From Polyangiales bacterium (GTDB lineage Bacteria > Myxococcota_A > Polyangia > Polyangiales > Houyiibacteriaceae): 64,000 nucleotides of DNA. The notes under the pieces are model-generated. The model saw nothing but the letters and a program-made list of their open reading frames with translations. It did no database searches and was not told where the DNA came from. The position numbers were made by a program, and so were the translations under genes. Shown here in pieces: positions 9,200 to 18,989 of the stretch. Every line of letters begins with the position of its first letter. Position 1 is the first letter of the stretch. The stretch is taken from the NCBI GenBank assembly GCA_965227405.1, contig OZ245758.1:3060338-3124337 (forward strand). Reading direction: 5' to 3'.

Positions 9200-10382
9200 T
9201 CTCGTGCGCGCGTTTCGTCGCAAGACAGACTTGAAGCTGCGCAAGTTCGATAAGAAGACGCGCGACAAAGCGCTCGAACTCAGCGGTGCCTACTTGAACC
9301 TCGCGAGTGCGGGTCTCGAGTCGTCACGTCAGGAGCTGATGGAAGCGTTTTCGGGCGTGGAAGTTCCCGTACGCGATCAGAAGCTTGCAGACGGACTACG
9401 AAAGTTGGTGCTGGATCGCTGCACGTTTGAAGTGCCTTCGGAAGATCCGGTTTCGCTTCGCGCGAAGGTGTTTGAACGAGCCGCACGCTGGCGTGAAGAG
9501 CGGCGCTTCGATCGTGCTGCGTTGCTTGCTGAGGTGGCGGCGGAAGTCGATCTCGAACCGGATGTTCTCGCGAAGCTTCTCTACGCAGACTTGAAGGCGG
9601 CGCATCGCTTAGTCGAGTTCGCAGAGACCAACGCCAGTGGTTTGGTTCGTGAGTACCAGCTCGGACAGATCCAAGCGGTGTTGCTCAAGGCCGAGCGCGT
9701 GGTGGTCAACGTCGAATGTCAGGACGCGTCGGCGTATCGAAATCTGTTTCGGAAGCTCAAGTTTCATCGTTTGCTGTACACGATCGAAAAGAAGGGGAGT
9801 GGTTACCGGATGGTGATCGATGGGCCCTTCAGCATGTTTAGCGCGTCGACCAAGTACGGGTTGCAGCTGGCGATGATCGTGCCGGCGATTCGTGCATGTG
9901 AGCGTTGGTCGTTGGACGCGGATGTTCGATGGGGCAAGGACCGCGCGAAACTGCGCTTTCACGCGGAGGGTGGCAGCGAAGACGGTGCGGAGCCTGCGCC
10001 CTTGCCCAATGACGTCGAGAAGCTTTTGGAGAAGTTCAAGAAGCGCTTCAAGGACGGCAAGACCAAGTGGAAGCCCGCGCGTAGCAAAGCGATCCTGTCG
10101 TTGCCCGGTGTGGGTGTGTGCGTTCCCGACCTCGTGTTCACGCGCGCGAAGGTGAAAGTGCACCTTGAAGTGATGGGCTTTTGGAGTCGTGCTGCGGTGT
10201 GGCAGCGCGTCGAGTTGATCCAAGGTGGTTTGGACACACCGGTGCTCTTCGCCGTGCCGAAGCGACTGCGTGTGAGCGAAGCCGTATTGCCCGAAGACGT
10301 CCCTGGAGCCTTGTACGTGTACAAAGGCGTGATGAGCGTGAAAGCCATCGAAGAACGCCTCGACGGCTTCATCGATCAGTGA
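9186..10382 (+). CDS. Bax1-like / DUF790 family putative nuclease partner of XPB helicase
   Basis: 398 aa ORF overlapping helicase stop by 14 nt; size, charge pattern and gene context match Bax1/DUF790; no motif verified. Confidence 0.45.
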   Translation: MLTADLVRAFRRKTDLKLRKFDKKTRDKALELSGAYLNLASAGLESSRQELMEAFSGVEVPVRDQKLADGLRKLVLDRCTFEVPSEDPVSLRAKVFERAARWREERRFDRAALLAEVAAEVDLEPDVLAKLLYADLKAAHRLVEFAETNASGLVREYQLGQIQAVLLKAERVVVNVECQDASAYRNLFRKLKFHRLLYTIEKKGSGYRMVIDGPFSMFSASTKYGLQLAMIVPAIRACERWSLDADVRWGKDRAKLRFHAEGGSEDGAEPAPLPNDVEKLLEKFKKRFKDGKTKWKPARSKAILSLPGVGVCVPDLVFTRAKVKVHLEVMGFWSRAAVWQRVELIQGGLDTPVLFAVPKRLRVSEAVLPEDVPGALYVYKGVMSVKAIEERLDGFIDQ

Positions 10383-10451
10383 TCCCGGAGGGCTTCGAAC
10401 CCTCGACGCACCGATTTAGAGTCGGCTGCTCTACCCCTGAGCTACAGGATC
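10380..10451 (-). tRNA. tRNA, class I, 72 nt (no encoded CCA), hand-folded anticodon CUA (amber-reading), Lys-like backbone with A73
   Basis: Minus-strand read GATCCUG-UA-GCUC-AGGGGUA-GAGC-A-GCCGA-CUCUAAA-UCGGU-GCGUC-GAGGG-UUCGAAG-CCCUC-CGGGAUC-A; 7-bp acceptor with one G-U, U8, A14, GG18-19, U33, A37, GTTCGAA T-loop. Confidence 0.75.
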
Positions 10452-10480
10452 GTGAACGCACCTGGAGTGCGCTCTTCAGC

Positions 10481-10790
10481 TTACGTGTCCGTAAGCCATG
10501 CGCGAACCGCATCCACTCCAAGCTCGCTACCAAACGCGCCAAGCACGCGGTACACGGTCCATGGATTGACGGGCTCCCGATAGCTTCGCTCCACTCGCTT
10601 TCGCGGTGTGTCGCGCAGCATCGCGTACGCCAACAGGTGAGCGCGGATTTCATTGCGTCGCATCGCCACCTTCGACTGCGCCTTGCTAAGCGCATCTTCT
10701 GAAATGAGCGCCGCCTCTCGACGCTCCTGCTTGAGCTTCTTTTGCTCGTCCGCAAGACGGACGATCTCCGTCTTCAACGTTTCGGTCATG
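10481..10790 (-). CDS. Hypothetical small protein (102 aa)
   Basis: ATG 10790 preceded by AGGAGAAAAT SD; MTETLKTEIVRLADEQKKL... coiled-coil-like N-term; TAA stop. Confidence 0.5.
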
Positions 10791-10996
10791 ATTTTCTCCT
10801 CGTTGGAATGGTCGTTTGGGCTGAAGAAACGACCGCCGAGGAGGTCCACGCGCGTGCAGAACCAGTCGCCGACCCACGGTGAGGGTGCGGGCAGATTCGC
10901 AGCGTGGAAGATGTAGCTACGTCCAGGTCACGTCAGGAAGGTGACCACGAATTGATGCACGTCAAGCTTGTTGGCGAGCGAGCGCAGGTGGAGAGT

Positions 10997-13042
10997 TCAG
11001 TCGGTCACGGTTGGTGGCGTCGGCACCGCCATCAACGTCGAGTCGAAGTTCCGCTCGTTGTTGTCGAACGCCACACCGCTGAACCGATCGAAATCGTAGT
11101 CCTCGATCTGCACGTTGATGCCGATCAAGTTTCCCGAAACGGTTCCGTTGTTCAGGTTGAGTGTGCCGCCCACCGGAAACGGGTTGCCCATCTCGTCGGC
11201 GCCGAACGCCACTTGAGCACCGATCAGTTCGTTGTCCGCGATTTGGAAGTTCGTGACGTCGACCGCTGCCGAGTCGTAGATCCCCATCCCGACTCCACCG
11301 ATGAAGGACTCACAGCCGCGATCGACACAACCCGCGCGAAACGTCTCCTGAAGTGTGAGGTCACGAATGGTCGCAACACTTCGCTCGCCGAACGCCACCA
11401 AGCTGATGTTCTGGTTGAGATCGAGGAAGAGTCGGTCGAGCTGTAGCGGTGATTCGTCGAGCCAGAGCGCGCCGCCTGCCGCGGTAAGCGGATGGGAGAA
11501 CGTCGCGATGACCGATACGTCGCTGCCGGTCACCTCGGACTCCGAAATCGCGAGGCCGTAAATCTCATTGTTCTCCAGCAACACTCGCTGAAGCGTTCCT
11601 CGTGAACCGCTGAGAAAAATCAAACCAAACGCAAAGTCTTCTTCGCCGTAGTCGCCACCCGAACCGCCATCCAGGATCTGTATGTCGGTCAGCACCGCCT
11701 CGGCGCCTTCGTTGACCGACATGCCCACCGTGAAGGCAGCGATCACCGTGACGCGTGTCATCTCAACGCGCGTTCCTTCGGTGCTGGCTTGCAGTCCGTA
11801 GCCTTCTTGGTCATCCGCTCCGGGAAACGCGATGAACACGTCCTCCGCAACCAGCTGCCCACCGCGCGTCACCACGATGCCGGCCGGAATCGACTCGGCG
11901 ATCAACGTGCGACGCAATGTCGTAGACGCACCGTCAATCACGGCAACACTCGATCCGATGTCACCGACGATCTCGGCGAGGTAGGTATCCTCGAGCAAGA
12001 GCGACGTGCCTTCGTCCGCCGCGAGTGCACCGATCTCCGCGTTCACGTCGAACAGCGTTCGGCGCACTTCGACGGTGGCGCCGCTGGCGGCTTCGAGCCC
12101 GCGACCTCCGGTGGGAATCAAGCCAATGAAGTGAGCTCCCAACACCGAGTCTTCGAACGTTGCGTTTGCGGCGAGCACCTGCGCGGAGAGGTCGAGGTGG
12201 CCACGAAAGACCGAGTTGCGAACGGTGAGTCGTGCATCCGGACCGTCCGCGCCGACACCTACGTTGAGAAATCCGCCAATGCGATCGTTGGTGATGCGTG
12301 CGACCACGTCTTCCACAACGAGTTCGCCGAAGGTGGCCAGCGATGCTTCGGCGAGATCCACCAGCGCGACACCACGCACCGTCGCACTGCCGTCTCGCTG
12401 TACGACGATGCCGTGGCGTGGTCCTCGCATTTGCAGGTCTTCGATCACGACATCGGTCGCAAACACATCCACGATGGCGCCGTCATCCGCTGGTGTTGTC
12501 GCAATGATCTGCGTGGCGGCGGCACATGCTCCGCGAATCGTCACGGGTCGGTTGAGCGAGAGGTTCTCCTCTTCGTACGTTCCTGCTGCGACCAGGATTG
12601 CATCGCCGCTACTCGCCGATTCGATCGCCTCTGCGATCGTTCCAAAGGGTGAGCTTTCGGTACCGTCTCCGTCGGCACCTTCTTCGACGTAGACCGCTCG
12701 CGTTACACCCTCGGGAATCGAGGGGAAGCCCGAAGCGCAGCTGGTGCCCACCGAACGACAAAACTCCTCGCCGAGAAAATGCGCTTCGTGATCGTCGCAA
12801 TCATCGAACCCATCGGGATAGGGCTCACAGAAGGCGGGTAGGCCTTCGTCGGCGATCAAGGTCCACCCTTCGGGGCACGCTCCGTCGGCGAGAAGGTTCG
12901 CCTCGGCTGCCGGTTCCGGAAGCATCGGCGGTTCGAGCACAGATGCATCGGGCATGGCGTCCATGCCGCCGTCGAGCATGGGCATGGCGTCGTCGTCCCC
13001 GCAGCCCAGAGCCACGACAAGAAGAATGGTGAGCCCCCGCAT
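10997..13042 (-). CDS. Secreted lipoprotein with right-handed parallel beta-helix (pectate-lyase-fold) repeats
   Basis: MRGLTILLVVALGCGDDD lipobox; DGTESSPFGTIAEAIESASSGDAILVAAGTYEE motif typical of beta-helix proteins. Confidence 0.65.
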   Translation of the reverse strand: MRGLTILLVVALGCGDDDAMPMLDGGMDAMPDASVLEPPMLPEPAAEANLLADGACPEGWTLIADEGLPAFCEPYPDGFDDCDDHEAHFLGEEFCRSVGTSCASGFPSIPEGVTRAVYVEEGADGDGTESSPFGTIAEAIESASSGDAILVAAGTYEEENLSLNRPVTIRGACAAATQIIATTPADDGAIVDVFATDVVIEDLQMRGPRHGIVVQRDGSATVRGVALVDLAEASLATFGELVVEDVVARITNDRIGGFLNVGVGADGPDARLTVRNSVFRGHLDLSAQVLAANATFEDSVLGAHFIGLIPTGGRGLEAASGATVEVRRTLFDVNAEIGALAADEGTSLLLEDTYLAEIVGDIGSSVAVIDGASTTLRRTLIAESIPAGIVVTRGGQLVAEDVFIAFPGADDQEGYGLQASTEGTRVEMTRVTVIAAFTVGMSVNEGAEAVLTDIQILDGGSGGDYGEEDFAFGLIFLSGSRGTLQRVLLENNEIYGLAISESEVTGSDVSVIATFSHPLTAAGGALWLDESPLQLDRLFLDLNQNISLVAFGERSVATIRDLTLQETFRAGCVDRGCESFIGGVGMGIYDSAAVDVTNFQIADNELIGAQVAFGADEMGNPFPVGGTLNLNNGTVSGNLIGINVQIEDYDFDRFSGVAFDNNERNFDSTLMAVPTPPTVTD

Positions 13043-13087
13043 GCATCTTGTCTGAACGCCGGTGGGAGGCTTCGCAAGCACGGTGGG

Positions 13088-15673
13088 CTAGGCGACCTCG
13101 TGTACCGCGATTGCCGGGTGAATCAGATATGCGCCGCGTCGGGTCAGAATCGCGTCGTGGAGACCGAGTTTGCGCAATGTGCTGATGGCAACGCGTAACC
13201 GGTTGGCTGCTGCGCGCGGCAACATGCGTTCTCCGGGCCATCCTGCAGCGACCAGCGCGTCACGTGGGATGGGTTCGTCGGGCTGCTCGCGATGCGCCGT
13301 GACCAGCGCGTGCAACACGTTGATCAGCGCATCACGACCTTCGAGCTCGATACGCTCGCCACCAGGCGGAGAGAACCAACTGGCGTCACTGCCCACGCTC
13401 AGTGCGTCACCCGAAGCGGGCTCCGTCGTCGTTTGGCGTGGCTTGACTCCTGAAAGCGTGCGCGCGGAGAACAAGACATCAGCATTCCGCCGAATCGGAG
13501 ACTCGCTGTCCCCAGCGCGTGCTTGATCGAGTCGTGCATCGCACTGGTCGCGAAGCGAGGAGGCGCGCGAAGCGTCGGTTTCGGCTTCCGCGCGTTCCAG
13601 ATGACCGCGTTGCAACTGCACCGCCAGTAGCAAGAAAGGATCGTGCAGTGTCGCGATCTGCTCTTCGGCTCGCTCCAGTGCATCGCGTCCGCGCTCGATA
13701 GCGCCGGTTCGGACTTCAGCTGCACCGAGATACGCCAAGAACAGGGCTTCGAAGCGAGGGTCCTTCGCTTCGACCAGCATCTGCACCGCAAGTTCAAGTT
13801 CGTGTCGAACCTCGTCAACGGGTGCACCTGCTTCCGATCGCGCAAGCGCTCGGTAGCCTCGAAACGCACCTTCGTACCGTCGCGCGCCGACGCGTCGAAA
13901 CGCGGCAATGGCGGCGTCGTACGCAGCGACAGCTTCGTCCAAGTGCAGACGCACATGATGAAGAATCCCGCGGTTCGCCGTGGTGAATGCCGAGCCGAAT
14001 CGATCGGCGACTTGGTCGTGAATCGCTTCGGCCTGCGCGAAGCAAATCATCGCGTCGTCGAACCGACCTTGGTCAATGAAGAGGTTGCCCAGGTAGGCAG
14101 TCACCAAACCTTCTTCGCGAAGAGCGCCTGCACGTTGAAGGAGTGCACGCGCCCTCTCTTCTGCCGCTTGCGCTTCGTCGACCTGTCCAAGTGCCGCCCG
14201 TGCAGCTCCGAGCGCACTCAAGGTTTGGGCTTCTTCGACCGGATCCGCGTCTCCACTCAAGAGCGGTAATGCGCGTTCGTAGTGTTCGATGGCTTCTTTG
14301 AGTTCGCCGGCAACAAGCGCCACGGTTCCGCGCGCACGTTCGGTTCTGGCTTCGAGTGCGGGAAGGTCCGAGGCGCGTGCCAACTCCAGTGCGCGATCCA
14401 GATCGGCAATCGCGTCATCGAGCTTGCCCGCTAGTCTGCGAGCGTCACCGCGATTGACGCGTGCACGAATCTCCTCGCTCGGCGCAAGCGGAGCTTTCAG
14501 TGCCTCTCCGAGCATCGCTTCGTACTCTTCGTAGGGACCTTGCGCGAGCATCGCGGGTCCCAACGCGATCGCTGCTCGAATCGACGCGTCGACGTTCGCA
14601 CGGGCTGCGGCTTTCAGGTTCTCGCGTTCCCGTCGAAGCTCTTCCCACGCCGACACCGTTTCCGGGCCGTGCAGCGCACTTTGCGCCGCCTCTCCGAGTG
14701 TCGCGTAGTAGCTCGCGTGTCGCTTCGCCGCGTGGACATCGTCCAGCTGTTCTGCTGCGAAATCGCGAATGCTGAGGAAGAGCCCGAAGCGACCGTCGCC
14801 TTCGGCTCGAAGAAGCGATTTTTCGAAGAGCGATTGGAGCACGTCCATGACCGACGCGTCGTCGATCGCCACGACTGCTTCCGCGGCTTCGAGGTCGAAC
14901 CCACCGCGGAACACGGAACACTGCGAGAGCACCGAGCGCTCTAGGTCGTCGAGCAGGTTCCACGACCATTCGATCGCACCGTGAAGCGTGCCTTGCTGTC
15001 CGCGCAGCAACTTGAAGCGAGCCTCGAGCCGTTGCAGCAACGTGTCGGCACCGAGGAACACCAAGCGCGGTGCCGCGAGTTCGAGGGCGAGTGGAATGCC
15101 GTCGAGTTGTTCGACGACGCGTGCAACCGTGTCGACGTCGTTGCGGCGAAGCGCAAATCCGTGTCGTAGACGACGCGCGCAACCCAGTAGCATCTGTACG
15201 CTCTCCGAGTCTGCGGGCGCGTGGGCTTCCGGAAGTCCAAGAGGGCCCAGTTCGATCACGCGTTCGTGATCGACGCGAAGCCGTTCGCGTGACGTGACCA
15301 GGATGCGGAGTTCAGGCGCGCCTTGGCTCCAACGCGCGATCATGGGAGCGGCTTCGAGTACCTGCTCGAAGTTATCCAACACCAGCAACGCGGGACCCAG
15401 CGCGTGGAGTGCGAGTTCGACGTTGCCCGCTTTGCCGAACGCTTCGCCGCTCGGAAGTTCAAGTGTTTCGGCGACGACTGCAGCCACGGCGTCCGCATCG
15501 AGCGCATGACTGAGGTCGCAGAAAAACGTGAGGTGATGGCGCGGCAGAAATTCGCGTGCGAGACGAGACTTTCCAATTCCCGCGGGACCGGTGAGCGTGA
15601 CAAGACGTGCGTCGCCGGAGAACGCTGTTCCCAATTCGTCGAGCTCTGCGTTCCGCCCCACGAAAACGCTCAT
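13088..15673 (-). CDS. Multidomain transcriptional regulator: AAA/NB-ARC-type ATPase + TPR repeats + C-terminal OmpR/PhoB-type winged helix
   Basis: FVGRNAELDEL, P-loop GPAGIGKS; long TPR-like alpha-helical middle; C-term RLRVAISTLRKLGL...ILTRRGAYLI matches trans_reg_C; start ambiguous (15673, 15814 or 15880). Confidence 0.7.
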   Translation of the reverse strand: MSVFVGRNAELDELGTAFSGDARLVTLTGPAGIGKSRLAREFLPRHHLTFFCDLSHALDADAVAAVVAETLELPSGEAFGKAGNVELALHALGPALLVLDNFEQVLEAAPMIARWSQGAPELRILVTSRERLRVDHERVIELGPLGLPEAHAPADSESVQMLLGCARRLRHGFALRRNDVDTVARVVEQLDGIPLALELAAPRLVFLGADTLLQRLEARFKLLRGQQGTLHGAIEWSWNLLDDLERSVLSQCSVFRGGFDLEAAEAVVAIDDASVMDVLQSLFEKSLLRAEGDGRFGLFLSIRDFAAEQLDDVHAAKRHASYYATLGEAAQSALHGPETVSAWEELRRERENLKAAARANVDASIRAAIALGPAMLAQGPYEEYEAMLGEALKAPLAPSEEIRARVNRGDARRLAGKLDDAIADLDRALELARASDLPALEARTERARGTVALVAGELKEAIEHYERALPLLSGDADPVEEAQTLSALGAARAALGQVDEAQAAEERARALLQRAGALREEGLVTAYLGNLFIDQGRFDDAMICFAQAEAIHDQVADRFGSAFTTANRGILHHVRLHLDEAVAAYDAAIAAFRRVGARRYEGAFRGYRALARSEAGAPVDEVRHELELAVQMLVEAKDPRFEALFLAYLGAAEVRTGAIERGRDALERAEEQIATLHDPFLLLAVQLQRGHLERAEAETDASRASSLRDQCDARLDQARAGDSESPIRRNADVLFSARTLSGVKPRQTTTEPASGDALSVGSDASWFSPPGGERIELEGRDALINVLHALVTAHREQPDEPIPRDALVAAGWPGERMLPRAAANRLRVAISTLRKLGLHDAILTRRGAYLIHPAIAVHEVA

Positions 15674-15770
15674 GTGCACGGCGTAGCGCGCTCCTTCAGC
15701 GGAGCAACTCCCGATCGCAGACACGCGCGCAGTGTCGGGAAATCGCTCTCTTCGGACTCCTGACGGATGC

Positions 15771-17123
15771 TCAGAGACCCAATGCGCCAGTATCGATTGA
15801 GGGAAGGTTTCCATCGCTGAGGCTTCCGCCAATGGCCAAAGGGTCAATTTGAGCGGCGTCGTTGGTCGCGGTCTCGCCAAGTCGCGTGACGGAGTCGTCC
15901 CACCCGCCGAGCGGAATCAAGCCAGCTGCTTCTTGTGCGAGACATCCCAAGTCGTCGCCTTGCACGCTGACGTTGTTGAGCGCGATGTCGCTGAGCACGC
16001 CACTGGATGCGAGGTCGACCAAGAGACCGATTCGCGGATGACTTTCGAGCGTGACTTCGCGAAGGGTGTTGGGTCCCGTCGGTTCGAGGAGTTGGATTCC
16101 GTCGCCAGCTTGAACAGCGGCGATCTCTCCAAAGATCGTGGTCTGTTCGACACTGGATGCGAGGTTGGTTCCATCCAACGTGATGTTCGATGAGAGAACC
16201 GACGCGACAGCAGTCACGCCGTTTGTTGTGAAGGTCCCTCCGGCCACCATTACGTCGTCGCTGCGTTGAATCCAGAGTCCGCCGTAGCGGTTGTCGTGCA
16301 CATCCAGATCGGTGTGGGTGCCGGGCGATGCGTCGTGCAGTGCTGCGAGATCCGCGTTGGCGACTTCGACGTTGGTGGTCGTCGCCATGGCGTTGTTCGT
16401 AAACACCATCCCGTATGCAGGAAGCGGCTGGAGTCCTTGCGCAAAGCCGTCGAAGCTGACGTCGTTGAGCGCGACCGACCCACCATCGACGTACAGTCCT
16501 GTGCCAGTCACATCGGTCAACGCACCGCCGTCCCAAGTCAGTGTGGTTCCCGCCACGATGCCGCCCCATGGCCCAACCTTCTCCATGCGGAGGTCGACGA
16601 TCGATGCGTCGGTGGCGTTGAGCATCACCACGCCGTACGCACCTTCGTTGGGTTCTGCGAAAGGTGGGAACGTATCGGCGTCGTCCGGTCCAACGATCGT
16701 GATGCCGATCAAGCGGCTGCCGGCACCTTCGACTCCGATGCCGATTCCGCGCTCCAGGAGAATGCGAACGTTCTGCACGGTGACATCCTCTGCAGTGCTT
16801 CGAACGCCTACCGACCCACGTGTTTCGATCGCGATGTCGACCAGTGTGGCGCCGTCACCCAACGTGACAACGGGAGCGTCGCCGGCACCGATCAATGCGC
16901 TTTCGGCTCCGCTTCCACCCAAAGTCACGCCTTCGGGAACATCGACGTTCGCACCTTCGACGCGACAGTTTCCGATACGCACGTTCGCGCCACGCCGCGC
17001 TGAACTCAGCTCGCGAACCAACGACACGCTGTCGCAGATCTCGGGATCGCTGCAGCTTGTGGCGAGCGCCAACAAGCAGATCAGGAAGAAGGGACTGGGG
17101 CCGGCGAAGGTCTCGCGCGTCAT
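15771..17123 (-). CDS. Secreted lipoprotein with parallel beta-helix repeats
   Basis: MTRETFAGPSPFFLICLLALATSC lipobox; repeated G-rich beta-helix rungs. Confidence 0.65.
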   Translation of the reverse strand: MTRETFAGPSPFFLICLLALATSCSDPEICDSVSLVRELSSARRGANVRIGNCRVEGANVDVPEGVTLGGSGAESALIGAGDAPVVTLGDGATLVDIAIETRGSVGVRSTAEDVTVQNVRILLERGIGIGVEGAGSRLIGITIVGPDDADTFPPFAEPNEGAYGVVMLNATDASIVDLRMEKVGPWGGIVAGTTLTWDGGALTDVTGTGLYVDGGSVALNDVSFDGFAQGLQPLPAYGMVFTNNAMATTTNVEVANADLAALHDASPGTHTDLDVHDNRYGGLWIQRSDDVMVAGGTFTTNGVTAVASVLSSNITLDGTNLASSVEQTTIFGEIAAVQAGDGIQLLEPTGPNTLREVTLESHPRIGLLVDLASSGVLSDIALNNVSVQGDDLGCLAQEAAGLIPLGGWDDSVTRLGETATNDAAQIDPLAIGGSLSDGNLPSIDTGALGL

Positions 17124-17277
17124 GAGCCCTGCATAACGCGCGGGGCTGGACCCGTCACGGCTCGGGGAGCTGGTTTAATGCAATTAACGCCTTGAAATCA
17201 CGGCGCATTAACTCGCGGCTAATGCATCTGAAGGCCATTTCGTCTCCCGCGACAGCACGTCGCAGGAGGTTTTCGAG

Positions 17278-18600
17278 ATGCGATTTCTGCTTACGAGTTT
17301 GAGTCTTTTGGTGGCGTTGGGCTGTGGGTCCAGCGGTGGCGGTTCGACCGATCCGGGGGTGCGTCCGCCCGGAGGCAACGACTTGCCCTGTCGTGCTGCG
17401 CAATGCGGCGATGCTCGGGTCCGCAACGCCATTCCGACGCGGGACCTGGTCCGAATCGACTTTGGTGGTGCCGCGGGAACACCCGGAGCGCTCGCCGACT
17501 ACTCACCTTTCTACGAAGAGACCGAACTCTACGTCGACGACATCAACGACATCATCGACGAGATCTTTTCGGACTTGGAGTTTGCTGCAGGTGAAGAGCC
17601 GACGGTCGAAGGCAGCGAACACATCTGGCGTGCGAGCGAGGGCGACGTTGATGTCGTGCTCGACATCGAAGAGGTGAGCGCGACCACGTTCCACCTCAGC
17701 TACTACGAAGGTGCACCGGGCTTCGAGCCTGACACGACGATGCCGATCGTTGACGGCGAGGTCACGCTGGATGGCGACGACGCAGTTCAGAGCTTCGAGC
17801 TCTTTGTCGACCTCGACGTGTTGAGCGCTGCGGATCCGAGCGTTGTGGCGACGGGCGACATGTACCTTGCGGCAGCACCCTTCGCTGGAGGCATCGCCGA
17901 AGTGATCTTCGATCTCCGCGAGGTGTCTTGGGAGGGCGACGCAGCCGAAAGCAGCCAAACCACGTACTGGGTGTTCGGTGTCGATGACCACGCGCTCGAA
18001 TACTTGGCCGACATCGAAGACTTGGACGGCGATGTTGAGTTGACTGCGTTCGTGCGGTGGGACGACGAAGGCGGACGCTGGGACAGCCACGCGCTCTACG
18101 ACCACGGCGAACTGGGTTTGGTCGATTACATCACGACCAACTGCTGGGACTTCAGCGCAGCTGAGCTCTTCCACGGCGAAGCGTGGATTCAGGACGCAAC
18201 GCTCGACTTCTACGGTGAGCTCGATGGCAGCGAAGCGAACTGTCACTTCGGACCGGTTTCGGGACACCCCAATCCGAGCGCGGACTTTGACGATCTTCCT
18301 GGCGAGGGTGAGTGGCAAGCGATCGACTTCCTCGGATGCGACCCTCTCGATCCGAGTTGCGAAGACGAGTGCGACCCTGCTGTCGAAGATTGCTGTGACC
18401 CCGCGTTCGAGGATTGCGAGCCCGAGTGCGACCCTGCTGTCGAAGACTGCTGTGACCCAGCGTTTGAAGACTGCTGTGACCCCGCGTTCGAGGATTGCTG
18501 CGACCCGGCGTTCGAGGATTGCTGCGACCCGGCGTTCGAGGATTGCTGCGACCCCGAGTTCGAAGACTGTTGCGATCCCGATTTCGAGGACTGCTTCTAA
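17278..18600 (+). CDS. Highly acidic lipoprotein with C-terminal tandem vicinal-cysteine octapeptide repeat (CCDPAFED)n
   Basis: MRFLLTSLSLLVALGCGSS lipobox; last 80 aa are nine C(C)DPxFED units. Confidence 0.7.
   Translation: MRFLLTSLSLLVALGCGSSGGGSTDPGVRPPGGNDLPCRAAQCGDARVRNAIPTRDLVRIDFGGAAGTPGALADYSPFYEETELYVDDINDIIDEIFSDLEFAAGEEPTVEGSEHIWRASEGDVDVVLDIEEVSATTFHLSYYEGAPGFEPDTTMPIVDGEVTLDGDDAVQSFELFVDLDVLSAADPSVVATGDMYLAAAPFAGGIAEVIFDLREVSWEGDAAESSQTTYWVFGVDDHALEYLADIEDLDGDVELTAFVRWDDEGGRWDSHALYDHGELGLVDYITTNCWDFSAAELFHGEAWIQDATLDFYGELDGSEANCHFGPVSGHPNPSADFDDLPGEGEWQAIDFLGCDPLDPSCEDECDPAVEDCCDPAFEDCEPECDPAVEDCCDPAFEDCCDPAFEDCCDPAFEDCCDPAFEDCCDPEFEDCCDPDFEDCF
18358..18597 (+). repeat. Coding tandem repeat, 24-bp unit (tgctgtgaccccgcgttcgaggat) x~9 encoding CCDPAFED
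   Basis: Direct inspection of 18358-18597. Confidence 0.85.
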
Positions 18601-18986
18601 TGTCGGGTCAAGACAACGACGAGCGCCACCACCATTTGGAAGGTGCGCACAACGAAGACGTGCACTTGGATGCAGACGCAACTTGCGTCATCGATCCCTC
18701 GGTGGTCGCTGCGGTGGCCGCGAGTCTGAACACCGCGGCGCCGCGTTTGGGTACAGGTTCGGCAACTGTCACGACCACCCTGCCCACGGCACGCTACGAC
18801 GCACTTTCGGGTGAAGTTGTCGACGCGGTGCTTTGGCACAGCGAAACATCTGACTCGGACGACCTGCAACCGCCCATGCGCTCCAACGTGTTTGGACTTG
18901 TGCTCGCGATGGTTGTGTTGATCGGCAGCGTCCTTTGTGTGGGCGTGGCGAGTTGCTACGCCGCTGTTCCACACGTCGGCGGTTGA
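18600..18986 (+). CDS. Small His-rich protein with C-terminal TM helix
   Basis: ATG at 18600 overlaps TAA stop (TAATG); N-term MSGQDNDERHHHLEGAHNEDVH; C-term VFGLVLAMVVLIGSVLCVGV. Confidence 0.4.
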   Translation: MSGQDNDERHHHLEGAHNEDVHLDADATCVIDPSVVAAVAASLNTAAPRLGTGSATVTTTLPTARYDALSGEVVDAVLWHSETSDSDDLQPPMRSNVFGLVLAMVVLIGSVLCVGVASCYAAVPHVGG

Positions 18987-18989
18987 GCC

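Noticed and set aside
10380-10790. tRNA plus adjacent small gene as an integrative-element att site
   Set aside because: No integrase, recombinase, direct repeat of the tRNA 3' end, or phage-like genes were found within the window.
18358-18597. Tandem direct repeats (also 55831-56030) as a possible CRISPR array
   Set aside because: The units are 24 bp and 12 bp, contiguous with no spacers, in frame inside ORFs, and encode peptide repeats. They are not CRISPR.
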